This document shows, in pieces, positions 14,041-27,420 of a stretch of 64,000 bases of DNA. The notes below the pieces were generated by a model. It worked only from the letters and a program-made list of their open reading frames with translations. It was not told the DNA's origin and did no database searches. A program made the translations under genes and the position numbers. The stretch comes from Octopus vulgaris (lineage: Eukaryota): positions 112,778,001-112,842,000 of the forward strand of contig OX597818.1 in assembly GCA_951406725.2 (NCBI GenBank). The letters are read 5' to 3'. Each line of letters starts with the position of its first letter. The stretch's first letter is position 1.

Positions 14041-14142
14041 TTCGAAAACATTATCAGTAGTTCCAAAGGCATAGTGTATGCATTGTACAATTCGAAAGCA
14101 TTATTAGTAGTTCCGAAGGCATAGTGTATGTAGTGTACAATT
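14041..14142. repeat. Local tandem duplication, 2 x 50 bp
   Basis: ttcgaaaacattatcagtagttccaaaggcatagtgtatgcattgtacaa is repeated with a few substitutions. Confidence 0.85.
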
Positions 14143-17061
14143 TACAACAATTTTCGACAAGTTAGATGTTTGGTTTCCATCACAAATTCGAATATGAACC
14201 AGCGTGACATCTAAGTGACGTTATGCACAAAAGGGAAATATTTGACGCCCTAACCCCAAAATGGGAATATAGCGCTTCCTACGTGGCGAAGTATTCACGA
14301 AAGGTCACTTTTTTTATTAGAATAGGTCATACGTTGCTGGTGTCATGCTATCTTAACAGTTCACAAATATTTTTATAATTGATTGAAGTATATTTCTGCG
14401 AGTTGTCGAAGATGAGGCCCGGGTGTTGCTAATTATTGGCTATACATGCGATCGCTATAATTACAATTATCTGGACAAATTTCAAACATTATTAATCTGA
14501 CAATTCAGACAGAATGGTAAGTTGATGGTAACAAATTGGAAATAATTGCCTCTCATATTACGGTTTACTTAACTGTAAAATCATATAAGACAATCCCAGA
14601 GGAATTCTTAGGCGAAATTTAAAGAAGAGTTTACGAAAGAATAACATTGACAAAATTAAGATTAAATCTCTTTCATTTGCATTTATATCAGAACTCGCCA
14701 GTGATTAGAGTTTGGAATTTAACATAAATTGCTGTAAAGTCGATTATTATCGTATATTAATACTCCATAAGTTGCTTGGCATCGGTAATTGTAACAATTT
14801 GTTTTTTAAGTAATGCGATGGATATAATTTATTCCAATAAACGAGATTCCCAGGAGTAGCTAATTCGTTTTACGGTATAAATCTACGACTGTTATATTGA
14901 ACAGTTTTTTCTTTTTATATGATCATTGCATCCAAGCCGTACACGCACACACACACACACACACACACATAAACACATACGTTTTCATATATATATATAG
15001 CATATATCATATATCATACATCATATATACGCACATATGTATATATGGTCTATAAATTTGTAAACGTAAATATTCGTTTCCATTTTACGGAAACTGTTAT
15101 ATAATCTTAATTACGCGTCGTCCAAAGCTCAAAACTGTAAATTGAGCTCTCCACCACACAAATAGCTTAATTGACAAAAATCTACTAAGTTTATGCTATT
15201 GATTGTGAATAGTGAATGATGTTCTTTGTCTATGGAGAACAGTCAGCAAATTCCGCCTCATTTCTCTCATCAGCACAGAATAATTGTTCGGAAAGGAAAT
15301 ATCCCGGAAATCGCGATGCACAGATCTTGTTTTGAGCAGAGTGGGGGTGCTAGATTCCCTTGTTCGAAAATATAAGGTCACAAATCGTGTCGTATAGCCA
15401 GCTGGAGCTGATGTCTACTGGAACTAAATTACAGCAACATCCATCCTAAACATGCTATGTTGGCAAACAGTATTTACTACAAAGTACTATTGTTGAATAT
15501 CTCACGTTGTAATATTTGAAAATAGTAAGTTTCTAGTTTCGATACTTTTCATGAACCTGCTTCAGGAATGGTTCTCAACAACATTTTGTCAGCGAAGATC
15601 ATCATCTGCAACATGTATATTTCTACTTGGAATCGATTAGAACAAACACTGATATTTGAACTTGTTGACGCTTCTACTGTGTATTTCTGGTTGGATACCT
15701 GCAGCACTTTACTCTAGTTTGCATTTCATACTCATTCGCCCGAAATTGAATTTCCTCTGTAATTTGCCATTTGAAATTAAAAACATCCTCAAATTAGTTA
15801 CAAAATAAGTAGACCAGAAACTCTTTTTACTATTGAAACATTAGATAAAAAAAAGCAATGCCGTTTGTCGTAACCTAATTACTTCCAATCAGTTTAATTA
15901 AAAAGATATCAATGCTAACTTCTCTCGATATATATCTGTATTTACGGAAGTCCTTGTGAAAGCTGTGAATACTAACCGATACATTATTGCCAATTATGTG
16001 AAGACAGACAATGGAATAAATCATTCGATGACGGTAAAAATATCAGTGACATTTCCAGCTATTTCATTATTTCCTATAACCATAAAACCGAATTCCAATT
16101 AATCCACAGCCCACTTAACTAATTTAAAACTTTCCAATGATTTCTAGATTTCTCCTCTTACATATTATGGATATAAATGGCCAGAAATTTCTTTATCTTA
16201 ATTGAATTCTATAACCTATAAATTCACTCAACGCTTCTACTGTCAAACATTTTATCGTCTAAAATTTACGCATTCAAAATTATATAGTTACCAATGCATT
16301 TAGATGTCCTTAATTAATTGGTTAATTGCCATGCACGAAAATTTCGGACCTTGACACATTTTTGCAATCTTGAACTGATTAAAATACATTAGACTTAATT
16401 AGGTATTTGTTATTTTTACCTCCATTATTCTTCAAATTTTCACATTCCACAAATTCAAATTAAAATGTATAATTTGTTTACTGATCTTCAGTGAAGAAAG
16501 TATTTAAAGTGTAATATATTTTCAAGAGGTAGATTAGTGGCAGTTTTCTCCTAATTAAATATGATGCTACATTAAAAATTTCAATGTAGTCTCACTTTTG
16601 AAATGTTTGGTGCATTTTTCCAAACTGCACCAAAATCACCCAGTTTGATTTACTTACTACTCTTTTGTCTCCCTTCTTTTCACTTACTCCCAGAGTTTCC
16701 AAAACACACACACACACACACGCTCACACACATGTGATCTTATCTTATCTTGAAAATTTCCTATCAATAGAGATTTACTTTCAGACATTGGCCTTCATAT
16801 GGCCATACTTTATCAAATTGCCTTTCGAGCTGGAATATATGTATCAGTATTTCTCAAACTGATCACCTTCTCCAAATAACCCCTAGAAAAGATTGTTTTT
16901 TTAGATTTTTCTCTGCACTTCCCTCAATCACCAACGCCAAAATGGTGCTTCAATAGAATCGAATTTATGTTGTCATATCTAATAATGAATCTTTTCCCGG
17001 TGACCGAGTTGTTTTCTTTGTAGCAGGGTTGTTGTTTATGTAATCTTTTATATCATTATAT

Positions 17062-17285
17062 TTATTTCTTTACTGCCCACAAGGGGCTAAACATAGAGGG
17101 GACGAACAAGGACAGGCAAAGGGATTAAGTCGATAACATCGACCTCAGTGCGTAACTGGTACTTATTTAATCGACCCCGAAAAGATGAAAGGCAAAGTCG
17201 ACCTCGGCGGAATTTGAACTCAGAACGTAACGGCAGACGAAATACCGCTAGAAATTCTAACGATTCTACCAGCTCACCACCCTTT
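17062..17285 (-). mobile_element. SINE family B
   Basis: Well-preserved core gaccccgaaaagatgaaaggcaaagtcgacctcggcggaatttgaactcagaacg. Confidence 0.85.
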
Positions 17286-18338
17286 AAATTCTTATATTGG
17301 TAATACACTAAGTTGACAAGTTGACAGGGTCGTTACGGTATCGGGGAAACTACCTAGCATCAAAACCGCCGGATTCAGCTTTGCTTGTCATACATTCGGG
17401 GTTGATAAAATTAGCATTTGAACAGCTCTTCAAGTTTTCCATCCCACCGAAATTGTTGGCCATGTGTCAAAATTTGAAACCAGTATATTGACCATATATT
17501 CATAATTTCCATATGACCTGCACTTAATATTCATTTACACTTCTTCACAATTCTATTCGAAGCGAGAGAAGAAAATATGCTTTTCTATACACGTACGTTG
17601 ACGTAGATTCTTTTATACATACTAATAGAGAAAATCACGTTTATCCTTATCAATAAAATCTTAATTTTCTGATAAACATAAACCTTCCGAGATTCCAGAT
17701 TCCAGCATACTATCTTCAACCGGTACACTTTATTTTGGACTCACTCTATTCTATTCTTCTATATTTCGAACACACACAATTTATGCTCCAATGCTATCCG
17801 AAAGAGAATTACATTCTATTGTTGCTCCTAATATTTCTTTTAATTATTGCTTTGATGTGTAGTTTATAGTTCTGTTCTTTCAATTTCATTATAGTTTCTC
17901 GTCTATATTATTGTTTGTTTCTGTATTGCAATGGATTTTGGATTTTGCATTGTTCCCGTTTATTTTCAATTTCCTTTATATGCTATTCCTTTCTGTAAAA
18001 TGCGCATTATTGTCTTTGGACAAATTTCATTCTCTCTCAATGTTAATGGAAGCGGCATTTTCTTTATTCTGCTCATAGAAAAGCAATTCGACCTTATCAT
18101 TCAACAACCGATGTTTCATATACTGCACCTCAAATGAAAATATGCCATTGAAAGAGAAAGGCGAGCTAATTAGCTCGAGAATAAAAATACAGTGAAATAT
18201 TATATGGGATATATAATGGCCAACCGTTTTCATACAGTGCGATCATTTGTTTAGTTCCTATCCTTTTATGAATTATATGAAAACGAAATGTAATGTTTCA
18301 TAGATTATTATGTGTATATGAACATTTTATATATATAC

Positions 18339-18409
<71 letters not shown>

Positions 18410-18429
18410 GTGTGTGTGTGTGTGTGTGT

Positions 18430-18592
18430 ATGTGTGTGTGTGTGTCGTCCCAACAACATGGTTTGGTGTTCAGGCCCACTGTGTGGCAGTTTGGGCAAGT
18501 GTTTTCTGCTATAGCATCGGACCAGCCAAAGCCTTGTGTATGGATTTGGCAGACGAAAACTGAAAGAAGCCAGTTGTATGTATGTATGTGTG

Positions 18593-18638
<46 letters not shown>

Positions 18639-18833
18639 TTATCCTAACATGAAAACACAAAAAGGAAAACATATGGAACAAGTATAGTGTTATTCGACGC
18701 TCAGGAAAGTAAAGAAAGAAGGAGGATTCAACGTTTCGAGCGGAGCTCTTCGTCAGAAACATAGGAAAAGGAAAGATCTAAGGAAAGGAAGACGGAGGAA
18801 AAAATCGCCAACGATACAAACGCGGTAATCTAT

Positions 18834-18899
<66 letters not shown>

Positions 18900-19165
18900 G
18901 TACGTACATATGTATGTATATATTTATATATACATATATATATGTGTGTATGTGTGTATTTGCGTCTGTGGCTTGATAACCGATGTCAGAATGTTTATGT
19001 CGCTGTGAGTGAGCGGTTTGAGAAAAGAGACCGATAAAATAAGCACCATTCTCGAAAGAAAAATAATAACTGGTCTTGATTAATTCGACTAAAAATTTTT
19101 GAAAGTGTTGCTTCAGTATGGCCATTTCTAATCAGTGAAAGAAATAAACACTAGAAGGTAAAAGG
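18430..19165 (+). mobile_element. SINE family A, split at its internal (TA)n by a PLE-type fragment
   Basis: Head/central part 18430-18590 and diverged tail 18960-19165 (aaagagaccgataaaataagcac...cagtatggcc). Confidence 0.65.
18633..18835 (-). mobile_element. PLE-type terminal fragment with a minimal hammerhead motif, flanked by (TA)n
   Basis: Minus strand: guuu CUGACGA A GAGC ucc GCUC GAA ACGU U gaau (about 18726-18760). Confidence 0.65.
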
Positions 19166-19235
19166 TACATATGTTAGCAGGTGCGAAAGACATCAATATC
19201 GTTGCGTGTTGGAGGACAAAGAATGTGCAGTTCAT

Positions 19236-19639
19236 TCTTTACTCTCTTTTACTATTTTACTTGTTTAAGTCATTTGACTGTAGCCATGCTGGAGCACCGC
19301 CATTAGTCGAGCAAATCCACCCCAGGACTTATTCTTTTGAAGTCTAGTACTTATTCTATCGGTCTCTTTTGCCGAACCGCTTAGTTACAGGGACGTAAAC
19401 ACACCACTTTCGGTTGTCAAGCGCTGTTTGGGGAGAACGACACACAAACATATACACACATACATATACATATATACGACGGGCTTCTTTAAGTTTACCT
19501 CTATCAAATCCACTCACAAGGCTTTGGTCGTCCCGAGGCTATAGTAGAAGACACTTGCTCGAGGTGCTACGCATTGGGAATGAACCCGGAACCATATGGT
19601 TGTTAAGCAAACTACTTACCAAATAGCCAGTCCTGAGCC
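19236..19639 (-). mobile_element. SINE family A, full length
   Basis: tRNA-like head, central domain (ccaaagccttgtgagtggatttg on minus), internal TA/CA tract and conserved tail. Confidence 0.9.
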
Positions 19640-21714
19640 TAGAATTTCGTGTGTCAGACATACACTTCTCTGACGCGAAAAATAAGACAAATTCTTTTTC
19701 TTTATACTTTGGAAGATATTCCTGTCAGTCACTGCTTGAAGGTCCATACGTGTCATTATAACTGTTGCAGGTGAAAGACATCAGTTTCAGATGTCGCATT
19801 ACATCAAATATGGCGAGAAATTTAAAAAATGATTAGTAGCGGCATCCAATGCCACATTAATATTGCATGGGTGAAGATACAGTACAAATGCACTAAAATA
19901 AAGAGTACCACGTTTTTCGAAGACGATCACCACCCGTCTAAATTATTAATGATTTGAATTTTAAAAATCGGCACTAAATCCAGCAATCTCCTCGTTTGAA
20001 AATAATTTACGCATAAATATTGCTGCCATGAACGTGTCTATATATTGTTTTAATTTAATAAAATTCCATAATACGACCCTTTCAATGATTCTCTGGTTTC
20101 TTTCTATTTGAACCAACTTCTTAAAAGATGTGTGTTACTCTTGAGCTTATTACGTTGACTCACAACATCTTCCTGTACGCTTTAAACATTTTCACTCATT
20201 TCCGTCCGTTCATTTCATGTTTACACTTGCGACATAGATTCCCAGACAAAATAATCCTCACCACAGGAAATGTGATTGACTCAAGCTTATATTAAATAAT
20301 TCGACGATATTTAAATGCCTTTAATATCTATCCTTCAGTCATTACACGTTTTGTTTTTACTATTGTCACATCGAACAATCAGTGAATGGGAGAAAAACAA
20401 ATTTTTTGAATAAGCGGCCGAAATCTTCTTCACATTGCATGGTGGACCCACCTTTTGCTCGTTAAATAACTTTGCACTATCACTGAAACAGACGGAGTAA
20501 ATGAATGGGAGGCCGTGTATTATATGGTTATGACTACTGTGTTAGGTCTGCCTTCTGGTGCAGAAAGAAGGGGTTAATTATTTTAATCAATGATAAGTAA
20601 AAATGTTTACGATTCAATTACATTTCAAAACACGTTTCGAAGAGTTTATATCTGAAATATAATCGGTTTCTTTATAAAAATATCTATGAAATGTGTTTTG
20701 AGAGGTGAGCAGTGATAAAATGTAAATGGGTGGCACGAAACCAATTATTATTTAAACAGTTTGTCTGTCTTCAATCTAAAATTTTGGTGAAAACACTGGC
20801 CTTTTATTCAAATTTACTGCATCCAGCCAGAGCAGTTCATTCCTTTTTGAATTGTTTACGGTTTCTGCAAGCACACCCTATGTTTTCCTTCGGTTAAGAT
20901 GTACATCTTGGTTCGGTTTTTAATTAGCTATTGAAATATAAACTCCAGAACAATAACTGAATGTATTATGTCATTGGATTATATTATGATGTTTAAATTT
21001 ATTACATTTTAAAATTTTTTACCGCAGTCTGAGCGCGTACTAAACATTTCGGTCCGCAGATAACTCTTTTGATCTACATCATTTGGAAAGCAAATTAATT
21101 TGTTGTTTTAGAGCATGATCTTTTGTTTGTTTCAATCGTAATTTTTCCTTCTATTCATTTTATATATTTACAAGAATATTTTAATTACATATACATGATA
21201 GACTCATATATGTTATGAGAATTCTTAAAAATTATAATCATTCTAAAGAGATTATTGAAAATTATTTAATGTAAAATGAGAATATTATATCATATTAAAT
21301 TTGTAATGGAATTTCATTGTAATCATTCTGATATATAAATTGATATTACGCGATGCCATACGGAATTTACATTATATTGTGTCCTTCTTGTGAAAGAAAA
21401 AAGATATGGCAATATTTACTGATTTTAATCATATACGGATTATTTTGCTACTTGTGTTATCGAAATGACGTAATATTCAAAATCATATAATTAATTTGGT
21501 TGTCGGTTTAAAATATTTCTCAGTATCTGAGTAATAGGCTAATATATGAAACACTGCATACTTTCAGTGCATGCGAAAAGCAGCATACAAATCCCCTTAG
21601 CATCAAATCCTACCACTTATAAATCAAATAATTACATAATGGGTAAAATGCATTTCATCAAATCGTGACCAATTAGGGTTTGACCTGAAACTGAACAACA
21701 GTCACAGTCTTATA

Positions 21715-22130
21715 TATTTCTTTATTGCCCAGAAGGGGCTAAACATAAAGAGGACAAACAATGACAGACAAAGGGATTAAGTCGATTAAATCGACCCTAG
21801 TGCGTAACTGGTACTTATTTTAATCGACCCAGAAAGTAAGAAAGGCTAAGTTGACCTCGGAATTTGAAATCAGAACGTAACGACCAACGAAATACCTATT
21901 TCTTTACTACCCACAAGCATCTAAACACAGAGAGGACAAACAAGGACAGACAAAAGGATTAAGTCGATTACATCAACCCCAGTGCGTAACTGGTTCTTTA
22001 TTTATCGACCCCGAAAAGATGAAAAGCAAAGTCGACCTCGGCGGAATTTGAACTCAGAACGTAACAGCAGACGAAATATCACTAAGGATTTCGCCCGGTG
22101 GGCTAAAGTTTCTGCCAGCACGCCGCCTTC
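21715..22130 (-). mobile_element. SINE family B with a tandemly duplicated 3' module
   Basis: Two consecutive copies of tttctttactacccacaag...gtcgacctcggcggaatttgaactcagaacg. Confidence 0.85.
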
Positions 22131-22444
22131 CACAGCCTTATATATTTCTGACAACTTAACAGTGACACACATCTGTCTGGGAAACTGTATGCAGCAGAAA
22201 ATACATATATGTCAATTATTGTGTGACATGTCTTTGGATGACAAATGTAACAGGTATACATGCTAAAATATTAGACTAGTATGGTTCGTATTAACCATTG
22301 TCTGACAAATTTAACTGATTTATTTTTCAGGCGAGAACAATTTAAGTTATAATGGTTTTCACTTTTGACTTTTGGGTTGCGTGGCTTCAGGTCGAAAAGA
22401 TATCAGAACCAATTAAATATTAACTTACAGATTAGTGCAGAATT

Positions 22445-22615
22445 TATGCCGGCATGGCTGAGTAGTAAGAAGCTTACATCCCAACCACATGGTACCATGT
22501 TTAGTCCCACGGCATGGCACCTCGGGCTAGTGTCTTTACAATATCACAGGACAAACCAAAGCCTTGTGAGTGGATTTGGTTTATTGAAACTGGAAAACGC
22601 CCGTCGGATATATAT
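22445..22615 (+). mobile_element. SINE family A, 5' half
   Basis: ggctgagtagtaagaagctt...aaccacatgg...ccaaagccttgtgagtggatttgg. Confidence 0.8.
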
Positions 22616-22622
22616 ATATATT

Positions 22623-22944
22623 AAGACCCCCTTCGGTCATGAGTGACCATGGGTTTGCACCTAGAGAGTTACCCTCTGAGGCACAAGTCTGGGCAAGGTT
22701 GTTTTATGGAAGACCAGTAGTCGCCCATGCATACCAGCTTCCCCTCTCCACGCCACCAGTGTTATCCAAGGGAAATACAAAGGTCGATACAGCTTGGCAC
22801 CTGTGACGTCGCAACTCATTTCTACAGCTGAGTGAACTGGAGCAACGTGAAATAAAGTGCCTTGCTCAAGAACACAACACGCATCCCGGTCCGGGATTCG
22901 AGCTCACAACCTCACGATCGTAAGCTCGACGCTCTAACCACTGA

Positions 22945-22949
<5 letters not shown>
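22623..22949 (-). mobile_element. tRNA(Arg-like)-derived SINE family C
   Basis: Minus head atggctcagtggttagagcgtcgagcttacgatcgtgaggttgtgagctcgaatcccgg (A and B boxes, ACG anticodon-like loop), followed by gtgttcttgagcaaggcact. Confidence 0.85.
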
Positions 22950-22985
<36 letters not shown>

Positions 22986-23083
22986 ACAAAGGGTAAAATT
23001 AATTAATTAAGAAGTAATCAATAATTTCACCAAGTAGAATTCGGTAGGAAAACAGGACCGTTTCACGGTAAATTTAAGTAATG

Positions 23084-23252
23084 CTAATAAAAAGGGTTCA
23101 GCAAAGAATTGCTTCACCACACACCGAAGCTCAGAAATAGTAGCCAAAAATCTTAGACCCTTTTTAAAGTAGAAGAAATAGCTAAGATTTTTGGCTGCTA
23201 TTTCTGAACTTCGGTGTGTGGTGAAGCAATTCTTTGCTGAACCCTTTTTATT

Positions 23253-23254
<2 letters not shown>
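23084..23254. repeat. 73-bp inverted repeat with a 25-bp spacer
   Basis: Arms 23084-23156 and 23182-23254, 2 mismatches; the block lies between microsatellites. Confidence 0.9.
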
Positions 23255-23296
<42 letters not shown>

Positions 23297-24584
23297 TATA
23301 TATATATATATATTATAGAGGATACTATTATTCATAGGTACCACACGCTAGGAGGGACTTATGCAGTCAAAACTACTAAAATAAACAAATTGTACCGAAT
23401 GCAAAACTTCAAAGCAAGTCATTCAGAAACAGAATTTAGTTACATATCACCTGTGATTTCGCAATCAATGCAGAATATCCATTCTATGCTCTTCAGTGCA
23501 ACGAACTCAAGACATATAAGAAATAACACAACATTACACACCCGACAGCCAACCGTAGAATTCGCCGCAGCATGTACGAATGTTTTTCACGCTAACTACT
23601 GATAATTTCTTATACATTTATATATATATATAAATATATAAATACATGTATGTATGTATGTATGTATGCATGCATGTGTGCGTATGTGTGTGTTTGACTC
23701 TCGATCATCACTTGGCAACCATTTTTTGTTTGCTTACTTTACAGTATGTAAGTAGTAATTTGAATTTATTCAGCTAAACCTCTTCGGCTATACCCCAGCA
23801 TAGTCCCACACCAATAGCTGAAGCATTGTAAAAAATAAACGTTATTACATAGTCGCTGTATTTAAGGTCGTTATTCTCTTTAAGCTGAAATGGAACAATG
23901 GAAATATTGAGAGGGAATTTTGCTTCATAATTCCAAGTGAAGCGATGAGAGAAACGTTAGCAAAACTCAATATTGATATATATTAGAAAGTTATGAAAAT
24001 ACGAAATGAATAAATAAATATAATCAAATACTTAAGGACACTAGGAGGAGAATGGAAAAATCTGTTTGTAAAGAAATAACTCTGAAGATGCTATGCAATG
24101 TTTGACATTATATTTAACGCGGAAGATAAATACAAAATAAATACTTAAGTAATTTTATTTTCATATCAACATGAAACCTAAACATTTTGCTAAAAGACAT
24201 AGACGCTAAATATTCCGTACAATGTATGATGTAATATACGTACAATAACGCATTAATTAATCAATTAATACCCAGTGTAATTTCTGGTTAAATTTCTACA
24301 GCATAGAATAAATAATAAGAACTGGTGGAGATTTGAAATTCATAAAGTGCAGGATTACTGAATACAATATCTACCCTGTATAAATTATAATGAACCGAAA
24401 TCAGAAAATTCGTATATACTAAACTTATTGTTAGTTGGGCGAAAATTTTACCGAAGACGGTTACTCAAATTTACAGTTTAATTACTATATACAGAACTGG
24501 CAGTTATGTTTATAATCCTTGATGGATATATGGATATTGAACTATTATTTTGAAAAGATTTAGTAGATATAAGATAGTAAAAAT

Positions 24585-24986
24585 ATTCGTTTCTACTCTA
24601 GGCACGAAGCCCGAAACTTTGGGGGAGGGGGACAGTCAATTAGAACGTCCTCAGTATGCAACTGGTACTTAATTTATCGACCCCGAACGGATGAAAAGCA
24701 AAGGTAACTTGGGGGAAATTTGAACTCAGAACGTAGCGGCAGACTAAATACATATTTCCTTACTACCCACAAGGGGCTACCCACAGAGAGGACAAACAAG
24801 GACAGACAAATGGATTAAGTCGATTATATCGAAACCAATGCGTAACTGGTACTTATTTAATCGATCCCAAAAGGATGAACGGCAAAGTCGACCTCGACGG
24901 AATTTGAACTCAGAACGTAGCGGCAGACAAAATACCGTTGAGCATTTCGCCCGGCACGGTAACGATTCTGCCAGCTCGCTGCCTTC
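24585..24986 (-). mobile_element. SINE family B, dimeric
   Basis: Two copies of the core ending in aatttgaactcagaacgtagcggcagac. Confidence 0.85.
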
Positions 24987-25679
24987 AAAGATATTACAAA
25001 TATTAAGGAACTGCCACGGTTTCATGAAATACTTTGACATTACACATGACTGGAACATTTTGGACAGTTGAAATGAGGACAATCTTAAACAGTATTATAA
25101 AAATACTTAGTACAACATTAATAGAAATAAAATTATGGGAATACCTGTCTTTTTCTTTCCCGGATTAAAAATGATATATTATCATAAGGTTGGCACCTGA
25201 AATGACTACTAATGAAAATATATTTTTTTATATATAGTAAATATTACGAATATACGCATAAAACTGATGATGCCTTGTCTCATATCCTTCTTCAATATTT
25301 TGTAAAGTTTCCTGGAGAGAAATAAGACAAGGAGAAAAGAAAGAATTACAATTTGGATTCAAGATAGAAAATATAACAGCAGATAAGGAATAGGTATTTA
25401 TGAAACAACAGCACAATTTATCAAGAAAAGTGAACAACTGTTCAGTTGACAGCAAGTATAGAGTCCAGAGTATATTATAGACTGTATCTTTAATATAATG
25501 TGCGTTGCTGGAGTAGCTCAAGGGGTGGTAACATACTCAGGAGGGTTCAATTAATTGTATATTTAATATGAATATCTTTCTGCCTGAACTCCTATTCATC
25601 CATTGTTGGTGTGTATACATTTTAATTTTGACCCCACACCATGACATATCATTTAAGTGCCTGATACGCCTGAATCTTA

Positions 25680-25730
<51 letters not shown>

Positions 25731-25731
<1 letters not shown>

Positions 25732-26608
25732 GGTGCGATGGATAAATTGTCAACATTGTATATTTTTAAGTTCGTGCATGTGCATTGTTTATTTGGGGAT
25801 TTTCTCGACTACACACTATAGTAGGGTCAGTTGGGCACCGTCTCTGAGAACAAAATAGCACCATGACGCAATTCACTCTGTCAGAAATTTGGAAATGACA
25901 TGCTGTAGTGCTTGACATTCGCGTCGCAAGCTCCAATACGAACATTTTAGAATGTCTGGGTGTCAAGCGGAGGACAGTGCAATCTGAGGACGTGTACTTA
26001 GATAAAAATCAAACATCCAGTCAACATCATGGTGCTTGGTGTGATCACTAGTGATGGCGACACTATGCTTCCATTCATCTTTCCACATGGTCTCAGGCTT
26101 AACATGGAGGCCTACATCAAGTGCACGGCGGAGGCTGTGCAGCCTTGGCTCAAAAAGGCGGCTGCTGGAAGACCCTATGTCTAGCAATAGTACTCTGCAC
26201 CATGCCACACATGCAGGAGAACCCAGTTATGGCTGTGAGACAATTTCTACGACCAGATCACACCCACCATTTGCCCATCTAACTCCCCACTTGATTATTA
26301 TGTGTCGGGCGTAGTTGGACGAGAAACCAACAAAACTACTTGTGACATCCAAGATGAACAAACTCATGGCAAGGATTATAGCAACTTTCACCACCGTAAT
26401 CAAAGAGACTGTACAGAAGAGTTGTAGGATATTCCGAAGTCGTCTGCAGGCTGACTTTGAAGCCAATGGCGATTTTACTGAATAGATTTTTCTCTTTGGT
26501 ATTTCAAAACAACTTTATGAAATTTTGGTAAACATCGCTGTTAAACAGCAATGTTAGTGTTATTTTCATGTTATGTAATTTAGACGACTATTTATTCACA
26601 ACAGCCTG
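25731..26608 (+). mobile_element. Internally deleted Tc1/mariner-superfamily transposon (maT/DD37D-like), pseudogenised
   Basis: From about 26011: KHPVNIMVLGVITSDGDTMLPFIFPHGLRLNMEAYIKC...AAGRPYV*Q*YSAPCHT...SNSPLDYYV. Degenerate TIRs (cggtgcgatggataaattgtc / gactatttattcacaacagcctg) with TA at both ends. Confidence 0.8.
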
Positions 26609-26676
26609 TACATACATACATACATACATACATACATACATACATACATACATACATACACACACAGGCACACACA

Positions 26677-26747
<71 letters not shown>

Positions 26748-26759
26748 CCTAAATCCTAA

Positions 26760-27420
26760 TATTTTTATCGTTCTGGATACTTAAGGAGAAGTGGTGCTTG
26801 AATGAACATGCTGTACCTTCGCTCCAATTGGAAATTCGAAGTGTTGCGGCTTGGATGAAGCCTTTCTCTCCATATTCCAAAAGTCGAGGGAACGTATGCT
26901 GGACTATGAGCCACAAACAGAGAGTTAGCAGGTCATCTGTACCAAGCAATAACACTGATCACCCAATCACATTCCTTTGTGAAAGAAATACAGATTTAAT
27001 ACTGATTTGATACACGGATGCTCAACATGGACACCAACAAAGCGTTTTGTAAAGAAAAATTGATGGAATTTATACTAGTATGCTTCGAGCTTTTCTAGAT
27101 ATCTCTTGGAGACAACACCCTACGAAAGAACTTCTCTACGGTCATTTACCACATATCATCAGAGAAAAAGGAACAAGATTCGCTGGACATTAGTGGAGAG
27201 CAATGGATGAGGTGTGTAGTGACGTTCTTCTTTGGTAATCGAAGTATGTGAACGCATATGTTTGTAGATCACATCAACCCTACATAAAGCAACTGTGCAA
27301 GGACTCCACGTGCACCCAAAAAAACCCAACACATGCAATGGCAGACGGTACATTCTGGAGGGAACAAGTGATGGACATCTTTGCAAGAAGCAAGATCGAG
27401 TGAGGATGATGCAAATCTTC
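26760..27420 (+). mobile_element. RTE-group LINE 3' fragment, degraded
   Basis: IDGIYTSMLRAFLDISWRQHPTKELLYGHLPHI...RFAGH*WRA, a typical post-RT region of RTE/RTEX elements. Confidence 0.7.
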
